From: Methanobacteriota archaeon
GTDB taxonomy: Archaea; Halobacteriota; Methanomicrobia; Methanomicrobiales; Methanospirillaceae
Assembly (NCBI GenBank): GCA_029555345.1
Contig: JAKPSJ010000136.1
Coordinates: 1 to 61,100, forward strand
Direction: 5' to 3'
DNA: 61,100 nt
Position numbers and translations under genes: made by a program. Below, in pieces: positions 47,184-57,084 of the stretch. Every line of letters starts with the position of its first letter. Positions within the stretch are counted from its first letter, which is position 1. Under the pieces are notes generated by a model. It was not told where the DNA came from, searched no databases, and saw only the letters and a program-made list of their open reading frames with translations.

Positions 47184-48131
47184 ATGCCAGGGGGATTTTT
47201 CTCGGAGTGGCTCGGACGCTACCGCCACTACCTGAGAATGCGGAACTATTCCCCGAGGACCATCCAGAGCTACGAGCAGGTCGTGAGGCATTTCGCCTAT
47301 TACGTGTGGCTCCGGCGGAATATCGACCCCCAGAAGCTCATGGTGTACTGGGAGGACTTCTCGAAGGCGCGCGCAGAGACCGACGTCGAAGTGGGCCCCG
47401 CCCTCCTCGAGGACTACCTCTCGTTCATGAGCTCCACGCGGACTTACAGGCCAAAGACCCTGCACCGCATCATATCGACACTCAGCTCTTTCTATCGGTT
47501 CCTCTACTCCCAGGGGGCTGTCACGACCAATCCCCTGATAGGCGTGGAACGCCCGAAGATCAAGGGGCAGGAGCTCCGGTACCTGAAGCACAGCCAGGTC
47601 ATCCGGTTGATAGAGTCTATCGAGGACCAAAGGGACCGCCTCATTGTCAGGACGATCTATGCAACCGGTGTCAGGGTCTCGGAACTGTGCGGCATCAACA
47701 TCGAGGACATAGATTTCGAGGACGGGACGATCCGCGTGCGAGGCAAGGGCGGGAAGATCAGGATTGTTTTCGTCGACCCGGATACTCTCGACGAGATGGA
47801 CAGGTTCATCGGCTCACGCATCGAGGGCCCCCTGTTCCCCGGGCAGATGGGTCACAATCTCTCCCCACGGGCCGTCCAGCACATTTTCCGGAAGTACGCC
47901 CCCGAGGGGATCACCCCCCACAAGATCCGGCACAGCTACGCGAGCGAGCTGTACAGGCGTTCCAAGAACCTCCGCGTCGTCCAGGAGAACCTTGGCCATA
48001 CATCCATAAAGACAACCGAGATCTACCTGCACACGGATCTCGAGGAGAGAAAAAAGGTCTACCAGGAGTACTTCCCGCTTGCGGGGCGGCAGGGAAAGCG
48101 CGGGGAAAAGGATGTCGACCGGGAAGCATAG
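47184..48131 (+). CDS. xerA: Tyrosine recombinase XerA (Xer/integrase family)
   Basis: ATGVRVSEL (Arg), HKIRHSYA (His-x-x-Arg) and GHTSIKTTEIYLH (His...Tyr). Confidence 0.9.
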   Translation: MPGGFFSEWLGRYRHYLRMRNYSPRTIQSYEQVVRHFAYYVWLRRNIDPQKLMVYWEDFSKARAETDVEVGPALLEDYLSFMSSTRTYRPKTLHRIISTLSSFYRFLYSQGAVTTNPLIGVERPKIKGQELRYLKHSQVIRLIESIEDQRDRLIVRTIYATGVRVSELCGINIEDIDFEDGTIRVRGKGGKIRIVFVDPDTLDEMDRFIGSRIEGPLFPGQMGHNLSPRAVQHIFRKYAPEGITPHKIRHSYASELYRRSKNLRVVQENLGHTSIKTTEIYLHTDLEERKKVYQEYFPLAGRQGKRGEKDVDREA

Positions 48132-48583
48132 CGTAGCATGGTTCTCCTGGAACCCCATGGCACCTTGCGTGTCGAAGAGCCCCCTCCAATGATAAACGCG
48201 GACGTGGTCTCGTGCCAGACCCGCGTGAAGCCGGGGTTCGTGCCATCTCTTTGGGCCTGCAGTTCAGCCATGCAGGAATGCCCGTAAAATATTCCCCGGA
48301 ACTCCCGTTCCGCTGTGGGACCAGGCAGCAATCGACGGTTCATGCACCATGATCTCGCTTTTTCCAGCGTGATCGAGCCCGCTTTTCCCAGGGTGACGGT
48401 GCAGGCCCACGGCCATTTTATAAATCATATGATGCTATACAATAAGTCGTATTCCTTTTCCGGATTTTAACTGGCGCCTGATCTCAGTTTCCACCCACCA
48501 TGGAAAAAATCCAGGTTACCTAAATACTATTAGGTGCATGAAAACCAATCCAAACCTGCACGTACTCGCTATACTCTTAAGGA

Positions 48584-49702
48584 ATGAGCGGAAATAGTCT
48601 CTATAGCGCACGCGATCCTGTATCAACAGTTCCCGTCGAGAAAACCAAGGATGAAGGTGCACCAGGAGAAATCCAAGTGGAAAATGGAATCATTGTCCCG
48701 GAAGGATGGGAGCAAATCTTTCATTTTCTCAGGGAGCGCAGGGGCGGGATGGTGTACGTTGTCGGTGGCGCAGACAGGGGAAAGACGACGTTTTGCCGCT
48801 GGCTGACTTCCCGGCTGACCGAAATTGGCACGACAGGTTTCCTTGACTGCGACATCGGGCAGTCCACGCTGGGCCCCCCCGCGACAGTCGGCCTGGCACT
48901 CTATTCCGGCAGTCCGGAAGACCCAGGAGCCACCTATTTCCGCTTCGTCGGTGCTGTCACCCCGAGCGGCCACATGGTCCAGGAGCTCGTTGGGGCCCTC
49001 CGCCTCAAGGAGAAAGCCCGTGAGGAAGGCGCCTCGTACATCGTGGCCGACTCACCGGGCTGGGTCGTCGAGCCTGCTGCCCAGGAGTTCCATGTCAGGA
49101 TGATAGACCTCCTCCAGCCGGACGTCGTTATCGGGTTCGAGAGAGGCCCGGAGCTCGAAGGCATACTCGTGAACTTCCGCCGCCACCCGCGCATCAGGAT
49201 CTTCGAATGCGCAACGCCCGCGGAGGTCGTGGAGAGGAAGAGGGACTGGAGGAAGCTTTACCGGTTCCAGCGTTTTTCAGAGTATTTCTCGTGCGCCGTG
49301 CCCCACGCACGGTTCCTGTCTGGCCTTGGAATTCACGGCAGGATACCGGAATCGTTCTGCGATGACGCATGGCGCGACCTCCTCATCGCCCTCTGCGATC
49401 CGGAGATGATGGTCGTAGCCCTGGGCCTTGTTGACAGGCTCGACCTCGTGACAGGGACGCTATCCTTCCGGGCACCCCCCCACGATGCCCACAGGGTCGC
49501 GACTGTTCATGTGGGTTCCATCCAGGTCGACCTCTCCAATCCTCCGGGAAGGGTTTCACAAGGTGCCCGGCCGGTCTCCTGGCGGCAATCGACCCTTTCC
49601 GAGGGGGAAGACCAGTCCCCTCCAGCCCGGGCGTCGCCCTCGCCTGGTGCACGGGCAGATCGGGAACACCATTCACCCGGAAGATCAGGCACAGGCAGCT
49701 GA
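48584..49702 (+). CDS. Clp1/Grc3-like polynucleotide 5'-hydroxyl kinase
   Basis: Walker A GGADRGKTTF, plus DCDIGQS and VADSPGW motifs. The last ~60 aa are low-complexity and Pro/Ser/Arg-rich. Confidence 0.8.
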   Translation: MSGNSLYSARDPVSTVPVEKTKDEGAPGEIQVENGIIVPEGWEQIFHFLRERRGGMVYVVGGADRGKTTFCRWLTSRLTEIGTTGFLDCDIGQSTLGPPATVGLALYSGSPEDPGATYFRFVGAVTPSGHMVQELVGALRLKEKAREEGASYIVADSPGWVVEPAAQEFHVRMIDLLQPDVVIGFERGPELEGILVNFRRHPRIRIFECATPAEVVERKRDWRKLYRFQRFSEYFSCAVPHARFLSGLGIHGRIPESFCDDAWRDLLIALCDPEMMVVALGLVDRLDLVTGTLSFRAPPHDAHRVATVHVGSIQVDLSNPPGRVSQGARPVSWRQSTLSEGEDQSPPARASPSPGARADREHHSPGRSGTGS

Positions 49703-49709
49703 AATAGCC

Positions 49710-50633
49710 ATGCAGTACGTTGTCACAGGCGGGGCAGGTTTCATCGGTTCATATCTCGTCGAGTCCCTCTCGCTTGCAGGCCATGAACTGACTGTTATCG
49801 ACGACCTCTCCACAGGAAGGCTCGAGAACATCGGCAGCGTCTCTGCAAACCCCCGCGTCAGGTTCGTACAGGGTACCGTCCTCGATCTCGCACTCCTCCT
49901 GGAGGAGTTCCGGGGCATGGACGGGGTCTTCCACCAGGCAGCATTCGTCTCGGTCCCCGGTTCCATACAGCACCCCCTGCAGAACCACGAAGTCACGCTC
50001 ACCGGGACCCTCAACGTCCTCCTGGCTGCACGGGACATGGGGGTGAAGAAGGTGGTGCATGCGTCTTCCGCGGCAGTGTACGGGAACCTGCCCGGGATCC
50101 CCAAGAGTGAGGACATGCCGGTCGAACCCCTCTCGCCGTATGCCGTTGCAAAGTATGCAGGCGAGCAGTACTGCAGGGTCCTCGGGCTTCTCTACGACCT
50201 CCCGACCGTCTCTCTCCGGTACTTCAACGTGTACGGGGCGAGGCAGGACCCGAGATCCGATTATGCCGCTGTCATCCCCCGCTTCATCGCGAATCTCCGT
50301 GCCGGAAAGCCTCCCGTCATCTACGGAGATGGGACCCAGACCAGGGACTTCGTATACGTCAGGGACGTGGTCAGGGCAAATATCCTGGCAATGGAGACCG
50401 GTGCGGAAGGAGTGTACAATATCGGGTCCGGAAAGGAGACGAGTGTCAACGAACTCGGGGCGATCCTGATGAAGCTCCTCGGGTACAGGGGCGAACCGGT
50501 GCACACTGACGGGATGCCGGGGGAGGTCAGGCACTCGGTCGCAGACATATCGCGGGCGCGCTCGCTCCTTGGATGGGAACCTGCCTTCAGCCTCGAAGCG
50601 GGGCTCTCCGATACCCTCGCGTCATTGGAATGA
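49710..50633 (+). CDS. NAD-dependent sugar-nucleotide epimerase/dehydratase (SDR family)
   Basis: ATG at 49710 (MQYVVTGGAGFIGSYL); YAVAK YxxxK motif. Confidence 0.9.
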   Translation: MQYVVTGGAGFIGSYLVESLSLAGHELTVIDDLSTGRLENIGSVSANPRVRFVQGTVLDLALLLEEFRGMDGVFHQAAFVSVPGSIQHPLQNHEVTLTGTLNVLLAARDMGVKKVVHASSAAVYGNLPGIPKSEDMPVEPLSPYAVAKYAGEQYCRVLGLLYDLPTVSLRYFNVYGARQDPRSDYAAVIPRFIANLRAGKPPVIYGDGTQTRDFVYVRDVVRANILAMETGAEGVYNIGSGKETSVNELGAILMKLLGYRGEPVHTDGMPGEVRHSVADISRARSLLGWEPAFSLEAGLSDTLASLE

Positions 50634-50764
50634 GGGGGGCGTGAATGGTTCGCCGGCTCGGACACCTGTCCAACCCCGGTGTGACTGCGGGTCTCCCTAC
50701 CCCGGGCCGTTGATCGAGGCCCCAAGTGAAAGGGGGGCCTCTGCGGTCAATACTTTTTTTGGGC

Positions 50765-51919
50765 CTACTTCTTCAGCCCTGCCGCAACAGCGACCCAGGC
50801 CATCCCAACCGCGACAAGGGCGAGTATTGAAGAGAGACCTGATCTATTCGTGGGAGACGCATTTACGGGTATATTTGTCGCCTGGACGGTGGTCACCGTG
50901 GTGGTCGTGGCTGCCACTGTCGTGGTTTTTTCTGTAGGCAGAGTGACGACCGGGCCCACAAGAGCATAAACCCCCCCTCTCCCGAGGGATGCAGTCACGT
51001 TCTCTCCTGCAACGGCCGAGGAGAGGAGCGTCCATGTATCGTTCGAGAAGAAGGCCAGGGTACTGTTCTCCTCAACTTTTCCTTTCCCGAGGCGGAAGAC
51101 GATCGTACCTGGCGGAGAAAAGATCTCGTCATAGGGCACGACGGCATAAGGGCCGGCTATGACCCGCATCCCTCCAGGCGCACCTGGTGAAGGGACGCTG
51201 ACGATACTGGCATGGGAGCCTGCCGGAACGCTGACTTTCACGATGCCATCGGCAGAGACGAAGGAGACCGGTTCCTGGGACCCGGACGGTCCGGAGACAG
51301 TCCCGGTGCCTGGAGACTGGGTGGCATCCCCTGACCCGACAGGGATCGTCTCGTAGAGGACCTGGGTCCCATTCACCAGGGCGGCCAGCGAGATCGTCCC
51401 GGAAGGCAGGCCATCCACCACGAACCCGATCTCGGAATTTGCGGGGCCTTCCTTGACCCCTGTCACCTGGAAGAGGGTGGTAATCGACCGTGCTGACGGG
51501 AGAGTGGTCCCGGAGAGGCGGAAGTAGTCATATGTCCCGGCCGCGATATCGTAGACCTTCGTGGTCGTATACTTGCCATCCGTGGACTTTCCGGAAACGG
51601 CAACAATAGTGTCCTCTTTTTTCACCTCGAGGCGGTTCTGGGAGGTTCCCTCCAGGGTCGCCGTGATGCTGCTCGTCTTCAGAGAGAACGGCATCTTGAA
51701 CTGGCTCATCTGGAACTGGAACTCGGTGTTGGGAGAGACGCTGTATTTTGCCTCCACGAGGAGAGAGAATTGCGCACCGTCCGGGAGGTCGGTCACGGTT
51801 ATAGTGATGGGATACCCGTTTGCGATGGTTTCGGGGCGGGCAGTGATGGTCACCGATACGGCCGGGATGATGAGTGACGAGAGGAAGAGAAGGACAACCA
51901 GCACCCTCTTCAGGTGCAT
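50765..51919 (-). CDS. Secreted surface protein with a Thr-rich stalk and C-terminal TM anchor
   Basis: ATG at 51919 (MHLKRVLVVLLFLSSLIIPA). TTTVAATTTTVTTV stalk. Tail is LSSILALVAVGMAWVAVAAGLKK. Confidence 0.7.
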   Translation of the reverse strand: MHLKRVLVVLLFLSSLIIPAVSVTITARPETIANGYPITITVTDLPDGAQFSLLVEAKYSVSPNTEFQFQMSQFKMPFSLKTSSITATLEGTSQNRLEVKKEDTIVAVSGKSTDGKYTTTKVYDIAAGTYDYFRLSGTTLPSARSITTLFQVTGVKEGPANSEIGFVVDGLPSGTISLAALVNGTQVLYETIPVGSGDATQSPGTGTVSGPSGSQEPVSFVSADGIVKVSVPAGSHASIVSVPSPGAPGGMRVIAGPYAVVPYDEIFSPPGTIVFRLGKGKVEENSTLAFFSNDTWTLLSSAVAGENVTASLGRGGVYALVGPVVTLPTEKTTTVAATTTTVTTVQATNIPVNASPTNRSGLSSILALVAVGMAWVAVAAGLKK

Positions 51920-52129
51920 TCCACTTTTTTCTGGAATCTCCATAAAGGATCCTGGGTTCGCCCAGGGAAAAACCTTGCCGGGGTTGCTGAGTTGTTACCA
52001 ACAGCATTCTGGTAATCACTTCCAGGATCCTCTCTCCGGGGTGGCCGTCGCAGCACTGGGTGAACTCTTCCACCATCTCCTGTCTTCGTGGGTCACCTGC
52101 ATGATAACCGGAGCCCCTGTCACAGCTGT

Positions 52130-52825
52130 TCAGGGAGGATCCAGTCTCCCTCCCGGCATGACCCGGCCCCTCTCCCAGTCGATGCAGATCGCTCCCCCAA
52201 GGAGGACGAGGGCGACAACCAGGTTGTCCCCCCGTGAATCCCATCCGGTGAGGGGGCATAAGGACCCGCCCGCTGCACAGAGGATCAACCAGAACGCAGA
52301 AAAACCAAGGAGAACTGACAGCCCGGCCGAGATCTTCACCCCGGGATGCACATCCCCCCGGAGCCCGGCCAGGAGAAAGAGGAACGCTGTTCCTGCGAGC
52401 CATTCTGCAGGCTGAAGGAGATCGGCGAGGATGTACGGGATCAACGCGATCTCCTCTCCTGGAGGGAAAGGTCCAAGAAGGGGCCAGAACCAGGTCGCAG
52501 GCTGCAACCACATCGCGTCGAGGGCCTGGTGGAGGAAAAACCCGAGGCCAAGGGCGATGAACAGACCCGGGCTCCGGGTTGTCCGTCGGGAAAAAGCCCA
52601 GTAAGCGACACATACGCCGATCAGGACAAGCCACATCGCGAGGCTGTGCGAGTAAATCCGCCCGTAACCCACTGTCCCGGAGATGAGCAGCCCAAGAGGC
52701 TTGTCGACCATGTCGGGGAGGACTGCTCCCAGCGTGCAGGCGAGGGCCAGCCTCCTGTCGCCGCTGGGCAGGGAGAGGAGGATCCCGAGCAGGAGGCCCG
52801 AGAGGAGGTGGCACATCACGTACAT
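52130..52825 (-). CDS. Membrane-bound metal-dependent hydrolase-like protein (YdjM/DUF457-like)
   Basis: 231 aa, polytopic; MCHLLSG and HSL/HQALD motifs. Confidence 0.7.
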   Translation of the reverse strand: MYVMCHLLSGLLLGILLSLPSGDRRLALACTLGAVLPDMVDKPLGLLISGTVGYGRIYSHSLAMWLVLIGVCVAYWAFSRRTTRSPGLFIALGLGFFLHQALDAMWLQPATWFWPLLGPFPPGEEIALIPYILADLLQPAEWLAGTAFLFLLAGLRGDVHPGVKISAGLSVLLGFSAFWLILCAAGGSLCPLTGWDSRGDNLVVALVLLGGAICIDWERGRVMPGGRLDPP

Positions 52826-52947
52826 TGGGAGGATCGTTCGACGGCGGGGGATATATCCGGGCAGGGTTGGTGATCAGTGACGGGGTTGCCAGGAAAAGAC
52901 AAGGGTATTTAAGACACCCTGCATATTCCTGTAATGGAGATGTCACA

Positions 52948-53736
52948 ATGCCTTCCAACATCCAGGGAATGACCATTCCAGGGTTGCTTCTCCTCGTTCC
53001 CCTGCTCTCTCTGATTCTCCTGCCTGCCAACGCAGGGGGGGTGCCAGGACCGGACGAGGCCATCCCACCAACGAACGCTACCGGGTGGAACGACCTGGGG
53101 AATACCTATCTCAGCCAGTTACGCTTCGACCGTGCAGCAGATGCCTATTCTCAGGCTATCCTGCTTGATCCCGGCTTTGCCCGGGCGTACTTCAATCGCG
53201 GCAAGTCTTACGCGGAGCTGGGCCTTTACGACGAGGCGATTGCAGATTACGAGAAGGCCATAGAATGCGACCCCTCGCTCAAGGGAGTGGTTGAAAATTT
53301 CCTCGATACTGCAGTCAGGAACCGTTACGTGACCCTTCCGGGTGAAGCGCTTCTCAAGGGCAGTTCGTTCCCCGGCGGGCAGTACCTTGCAGTCGACAAC
53401 ACGCGTGGCAGGTCCGATGTCGTGATCGCCCTGGCGCCGCAGGGACAGCGGGGGGCAATCCTTGCCGTATATGTCCCGAAGGGGTATTCCAAGCGGTTCG
53501 ACCAGGTCGTCCCTCCCGGGATCTACGATGTCTATATCACGACCGGAGAACGCTGGAACCCGGAAGAGAAGTCATTTGCAGTCGAGACAGGATGCCTCGT
53601 GTGGACGGCGCCGCAGGTCTTTGCGGGGGTCCAGAACAAGGGGTTGACACTGACATTCATCGACTGGCACCCCCCGTCGTCCTGGTGGGACCACTCCCTT
53701 CTGCCCATTGCACCTGAGCAATTCCCTGTCATATAA
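52948..53736 (+). CDS. Secreted TPR-repeat protein
   Basis: ATG at 52948 (MPSNIQGMTIPGLLLLVPLLSLILLPANA). TPR units AYSQAILLDPGFARAYFNRG and AIADYEKAIECDP. Confidence 0.8.
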   Translation: MPSNIQGMTIPGLLLLVPLLSLILLPANAGGVPGPDEAIPPTNATGWNDLGNTYLSQLRFDRAADAYSQAILLDPGFARAYFNRGKSYAELGLYDEAIADYEKAIECDPSLKGVVENFLDTAVRNRYVTLPGEALLKGSSFPGGQYLAVDNTRGRSDVVIALAPQGQRGAILAVYVPKGYSKRFDQVVPPGIYDVYITTGERWNPEEKSFAVETGCLVWTAPQVFAGVQNKGLTLTFIDWHPPSSWWDHSLLPIAPEQFPVI

Positions 53737-53845
53737 CCAGGAACACTCAATTTTTCCACCTGCGATGCGTTTGTTCCGGAACACTTGGCAGTGATGCGAT
53801 AAAGGCAGTGACTGGAAAAAATGCACCTGCACCCCTGTGTCACCA

Positions 53846-53884
53846 GGCACCTTCGGTGCCCACCCGGGAGAAAAAGAAAAAAAA
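53846..53884 (-). terminator. Hairpin plus oligo-T tracts downstream of the PEGA gene
   Basis: The minus strand reads TTTTTTTTCTTTTT directly after the stop, followed by the ggcacc/ggtgcc stem. Confidence 0.4.
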
Positions 53885-53891
53885 GGTAATC

Positions 53892-55229
53892 TTATCTCCG
53901 TCTCCCGAATGCGGATGCAAGCGCGACGGTACCAAGGGACAGGACTGCAAGGACTGCCGGCAGAGGGGACTTTGTCGGCGAGGGAGTCGGGGACGGGGAG
54001 AGTGTTGCATCCACCTGGCTCCGGACGTCTTTTTGAACCTGGACAGTCGCCCTCCAGTCCGCGTATCCCGGGTGGGTCAGGAGGACCGTGTGGGTCCCGG
54101 GTGCAATCGAGGAGAGAACGAGAGGCGTGATCCCCATGTACTCGTTATCCAGGTATACGTTCACCCCCGCGGGGTTCGACTGGACTGAAAGCGAACCGGT
54201 GCCCGAGACCTGTGTCGGCGTGGGAGTGACAGAGAGGGTCTGCGATATCCTTGTCGTCTCCCCGGAACTGACCATCACGTTTCCGGTCCAGTCCTGGAAT
54301 CCTGAGAGGGATATCCTGACCTGGTGGTAACCGGGAGAGAGGCCGGACGCAAGCTGCGGTGCCGGGCCATAGTACGCCCCATCCACGTAGACGCTTGCTC
54401 CGGTGGGGAGGGAAATGACATAGATGGAACCCGTCTCGGGGGTGACCTGGGAAAGCGATGCATAGACCTGGGTGTTCAGCCCGCCACTGACAGACGTCGT
54501 CGTGCTCCACGCCTGGTACCCGGATTTTGTCACCTGGATGGTATGAATGCCGGGAAGCACGCCATGGAACGTGCAGGGAGTCACCTGGGACTGTCCCCCG
54601 TCGAGGACAGCAGTCGCGCCGGCCGGAGAGGACGTGACCGTGATGCTCCCGTACGTCTGCAGAGGCTGGAGAGTTGCCGCCACGGAGACGGTCTCGCCTT
54701 CGGATGGATTGCCGGGCTGGTATCTGCTCCACTCCTGGTAACCGGAAAGCACCAGGCGGATGGTATGGCCGGGTGACCCGGTCGTCGACACAGTCACGGT
54801 GAGCGGGGTCGTGCCCTTGTAGGAATCGTCGAAGTAGACCGATGCTCCCGAGGGGCTGGAGGATATCGCGTAATACCCTTTCTCCCCTCCCATCATGGGC
54901 TGGAGTGTTGCGCTGATGTAGATCGTGTCTCCCTCGACGGGGTTGCCATCGTAGGTATCGGTCCATTCAGCGTACCCGCTCTTCGTGAGCCTGATAGTAT
55001 GGCTTGGGTTTCCCGTTGTCGAGACCGGGATGGTGACAGGGGTTGTCCCCTGGTATGTCCCATCGAAGTAGACCGATGCCCCCGAGGGTGTTGATGAGAT
55101 CTGGAAGTACCCTGTGCCGCCACCGATCATGGCGGAGACCTGTCCCGTGCAGACCACCATTGCGATGGCGAGCATAAGTACAGGAAGTGTTGACCGTGGG
55201 GAAAAAGAGACCATGGAGATTCTCCTCAT
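53892..55229 (-). CDS. Secreted protein with five tandem PEGA domains and a C-terminal TM anchor
   Basis: Five units of the type SSPSGASVYFD..YKGTTP...H.I.L..SGY..W. Signal peptide at the N-terminus. Tail is SPLPAVLAVLSLGTVALASAFGRRR. Confidence 0.85.
   Translation of the reverse strand: MRRISMVSFSPRSTLPVLMLAIAMVVCTGQVSAMIGGGTGYFQISSTPSGASVYFDGTYQGTTPVTIPVSTTGNPSHTIRLTKSGYAEWTDTYDGNPVEGDTIYISATLQPMMGGEKGYYAISSSPSGASVYFDDSYKGTTPLTVTVSTTGSPGHTIRLVLSGYQEWSRYQPGNPSEGETVSVAATLQPLQTYGSITVTSSPAGATAVLDGGQSQVTPCTFHGVLPGIHTIQVTKSGYQAWSTTTSVSGGLNTQVYASLSQVTPETGSIYVISLPTGASVYVDGAYYGPAPQLASGLSPGYHQVRISLSGFQDWTGNVMVSSGETTRISQTLSVTPTPTQVSGTGSLSVQSNPAGVNVYLDNEYMGITPLVLSSIAPGTHTVLLTHPGYADWRATVQVQKDVRSQVDATLSPSPTPSPTKSPLPAVLAVLSLGTVALASAFGRRR
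54663..55112 (-). repeat. Tandem intragenic duplication (PEGA units 1 and 2, 72 codons each)
   Basis: Units aa 40-111 and aa 118-189 are roughly two-thirds identical by eye, much closer to each other than to units 3-5. Confidence 0.7.
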
Positions 55230-55638
55230 GTTTCCATATCTGGGTTGCTGCAGATACTATAAAAAGCCCTGCAGGAATCTCCTTCCATGCTGCCGCTGGA
55301 GAACACCGGATCCCGTCCTGCCCAAGCATTCAAAAAAGGGTGATTATCAACAAATGGGTAGCGTTCATCAAAGGTTCTCTCAACGAGGGGAAAACGAAAA
55401 AAATCTCTCGAAGGGATGAGGGGCCATCGACGTCAACCACCCGATTTGTATCCGGGACTTTTTCTCCATCCGTAACGTTGGAATGACGACTTGGGGGGGT
55501 ATTCATACAAATCATTCTCTGAAATGAAAACCTGTATGAGGAGGGATGGAAATCGATGTGGTCAATGTCTCCGAGGCTCTGTAATGCCCAGGAACACTGG
55601 ACGACAAGGGGCTTGAAGACAAACTCCTTTTCTACTCT

Positions 55639-55776
55639 TCAGGATAAATTGGCGTATATTTCATCCTTCACGGGTCCCAGCCAATCGGGCGCACCCCTAT
55701 CGGCATCCGGGGTTATAGCGATATGTGCAAGCCAGATGTCGGCGGCAGCACCGTGCCAGTGCTTTCCATGCGTCAT
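55639..55776 (-). pseudogene. C-terminal fragment of a cupin-domain protein
   Basis: My own translation is MTHGKHWHGAAADIWLAHIAITPDADRGAPDWLGPVKDEIYANLS. This matches the cupin_2 C-terminal pattern (ge)KHWHGA...HIAI...W...V.DEeY. No recognisable N-terminal barrel lies upstream. Confidence 0.4.
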
Positions 55777-55853
55777 GAATCCACCCACTGTCCGATTATA
55801 TTTTGACGAGCCTGTCGTTTTGCAGGTTTTCTCTCCGTGGCACCGTTGAGAAG

Positions 55854-57053
55854 TCAGACCTGCTTGAAGAGCTGCCTTGCCAGTTCCACCCGCTGTTCGA
55901 AACCCGGGCCTTCGAATTCTGCCACGACCGATTCGAGGACCGTCGGAATATCAATATGCTGAGGGCATTTGTCCACGCATTCCCCGCATTTCACGCACAG
56001 GGATGCATATTCAGCTTTCCCGGTCCCGGCCGCACCACCGAGCCGAGCTGCGTACATGAGTTTCTCGTCCTCAGGACTATTCCCGAAGGCAAGGTTATTG
56101 TACGATTCAAAGCAGAGCGGAATGTTCACCCCGTTCGGGCAGGGCATGCAGTACTGGCAGGCCGTGCAGCCGACCTTCATGAGTTCGCGGTATTTCTTCT
56201 CCACGCGTTTTACGAGGTGCAACTCCTCCTTCGTCAGAGAATTCGGTAGCCCCTGGTCTGCAGTCCGGAGGTTCTCTCTGATGTGTGCTTCGTCGTTCAT
56301 CCCGGAAAGGACAACTGTGACTTCCGGATGGTTCCAGACCCAGCGCAGCGCCCACTCTGCAGGAGTCTTCTTGACCGGTGCTTGGTCCCAGATCTCCTTT
56401 ACAGCAGGAGGAACACTCCTCGCCAGGTTTCCGCCCCGAAGCGGCTCCATGATGACGACCCCAAGGCCCCTACCTGCCGCATATTTCAGTCCCTTGGTCC
56501 CGGCCTGGTATGTCTCGTCGAGGAAATTGTACTGGATCTGGCAAAAATCCCAGGGATACGAATCCACGATCCGGCGGAAGTCACTGCTGGTGCCATGGAA
56601 GGAGAAACCGGCATTATTGATCCGGCCGTCTGCCTTGGCCGTGTCGAGAAACTCCTCGACACCCAGTCTCTCGACAGCATCCCAAAGATCACCGTTGAGG
56701 CCATGAAGAAGGTAATAATCGATGCGATCGGTCTGCAGCTTTTTCAACTGTGCATCCAGGAACTTGTCCATGTCCACCCTCTTTTCGACGAGCCATGTGG
56801 GAAGTTTTGTGGCGAGCCGGACCTTCTCGCGATATCCATCCGAAAGAGCCCGGCCTACGAACGGCTCGCTCTGTCCCATGTGGTAAGGCCATGCCGTGTC
56901 GATGTAATTGACTCCATTGTCGATTGCGAAGCGGAGCTGTCTCTTCGCTCTCTCTTCGTCGATCGACCCATCCGCTTTTGTGGCAAGACGCATGCACCCG
57001 AACCCGAGTATGGAGAGTTCGTCCCCGTTCTTTGGCATTTTCCGATATAACAT
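55854..57053 (-). CDS. Aldo/keto reductase with a C-terminal 2x[4Fe-4S] ferredoxin domain
   Basis: ATG at 57053 (MLYRKMPKNGDELSILGFGCMRL). CTACQYCMPCP and CVKCGECVDKCP motifs. Confidence 0.9.
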   Translation of the reverse strand: MLYRKMPKNGDELSILGFGCMRLATKADGSIDEERAKRQLRFAIDNGVNYIDTAWPYHMGQSEPFVGRALSDGYREKVRLATKLPTWLVEKRVDMDKFLDAQLKKLQTDRIDYYLLHGLNGDLWDAVERLGVEEFLDTAKADGRINNAGFSFHGTSSDFRRIVDSYPWDFCQIQYNFLDETYQAGTKGLKYAAGRGLGVVIMEPLRGGNLARSVPPAVKEIWDQAPVKKTPAEWALRWVWNHPEVTVVLSGMNDEAHIRENLRTADQGLPNSLTKEELHLVKRVEKKYRELMKVGCTACQYCMPCPNGVNIPLCFESYNNLAFGNSPEDEKLMYAARLGGAAGTGKAEYASLCVKCGECVDKCPQHIDIPTVLESVVAEFEGPGFEQRVELARQLFKQV

Positions 57054-57084
57054 GTCATTCACCAGATTTTGTAGTCGTGAATCG

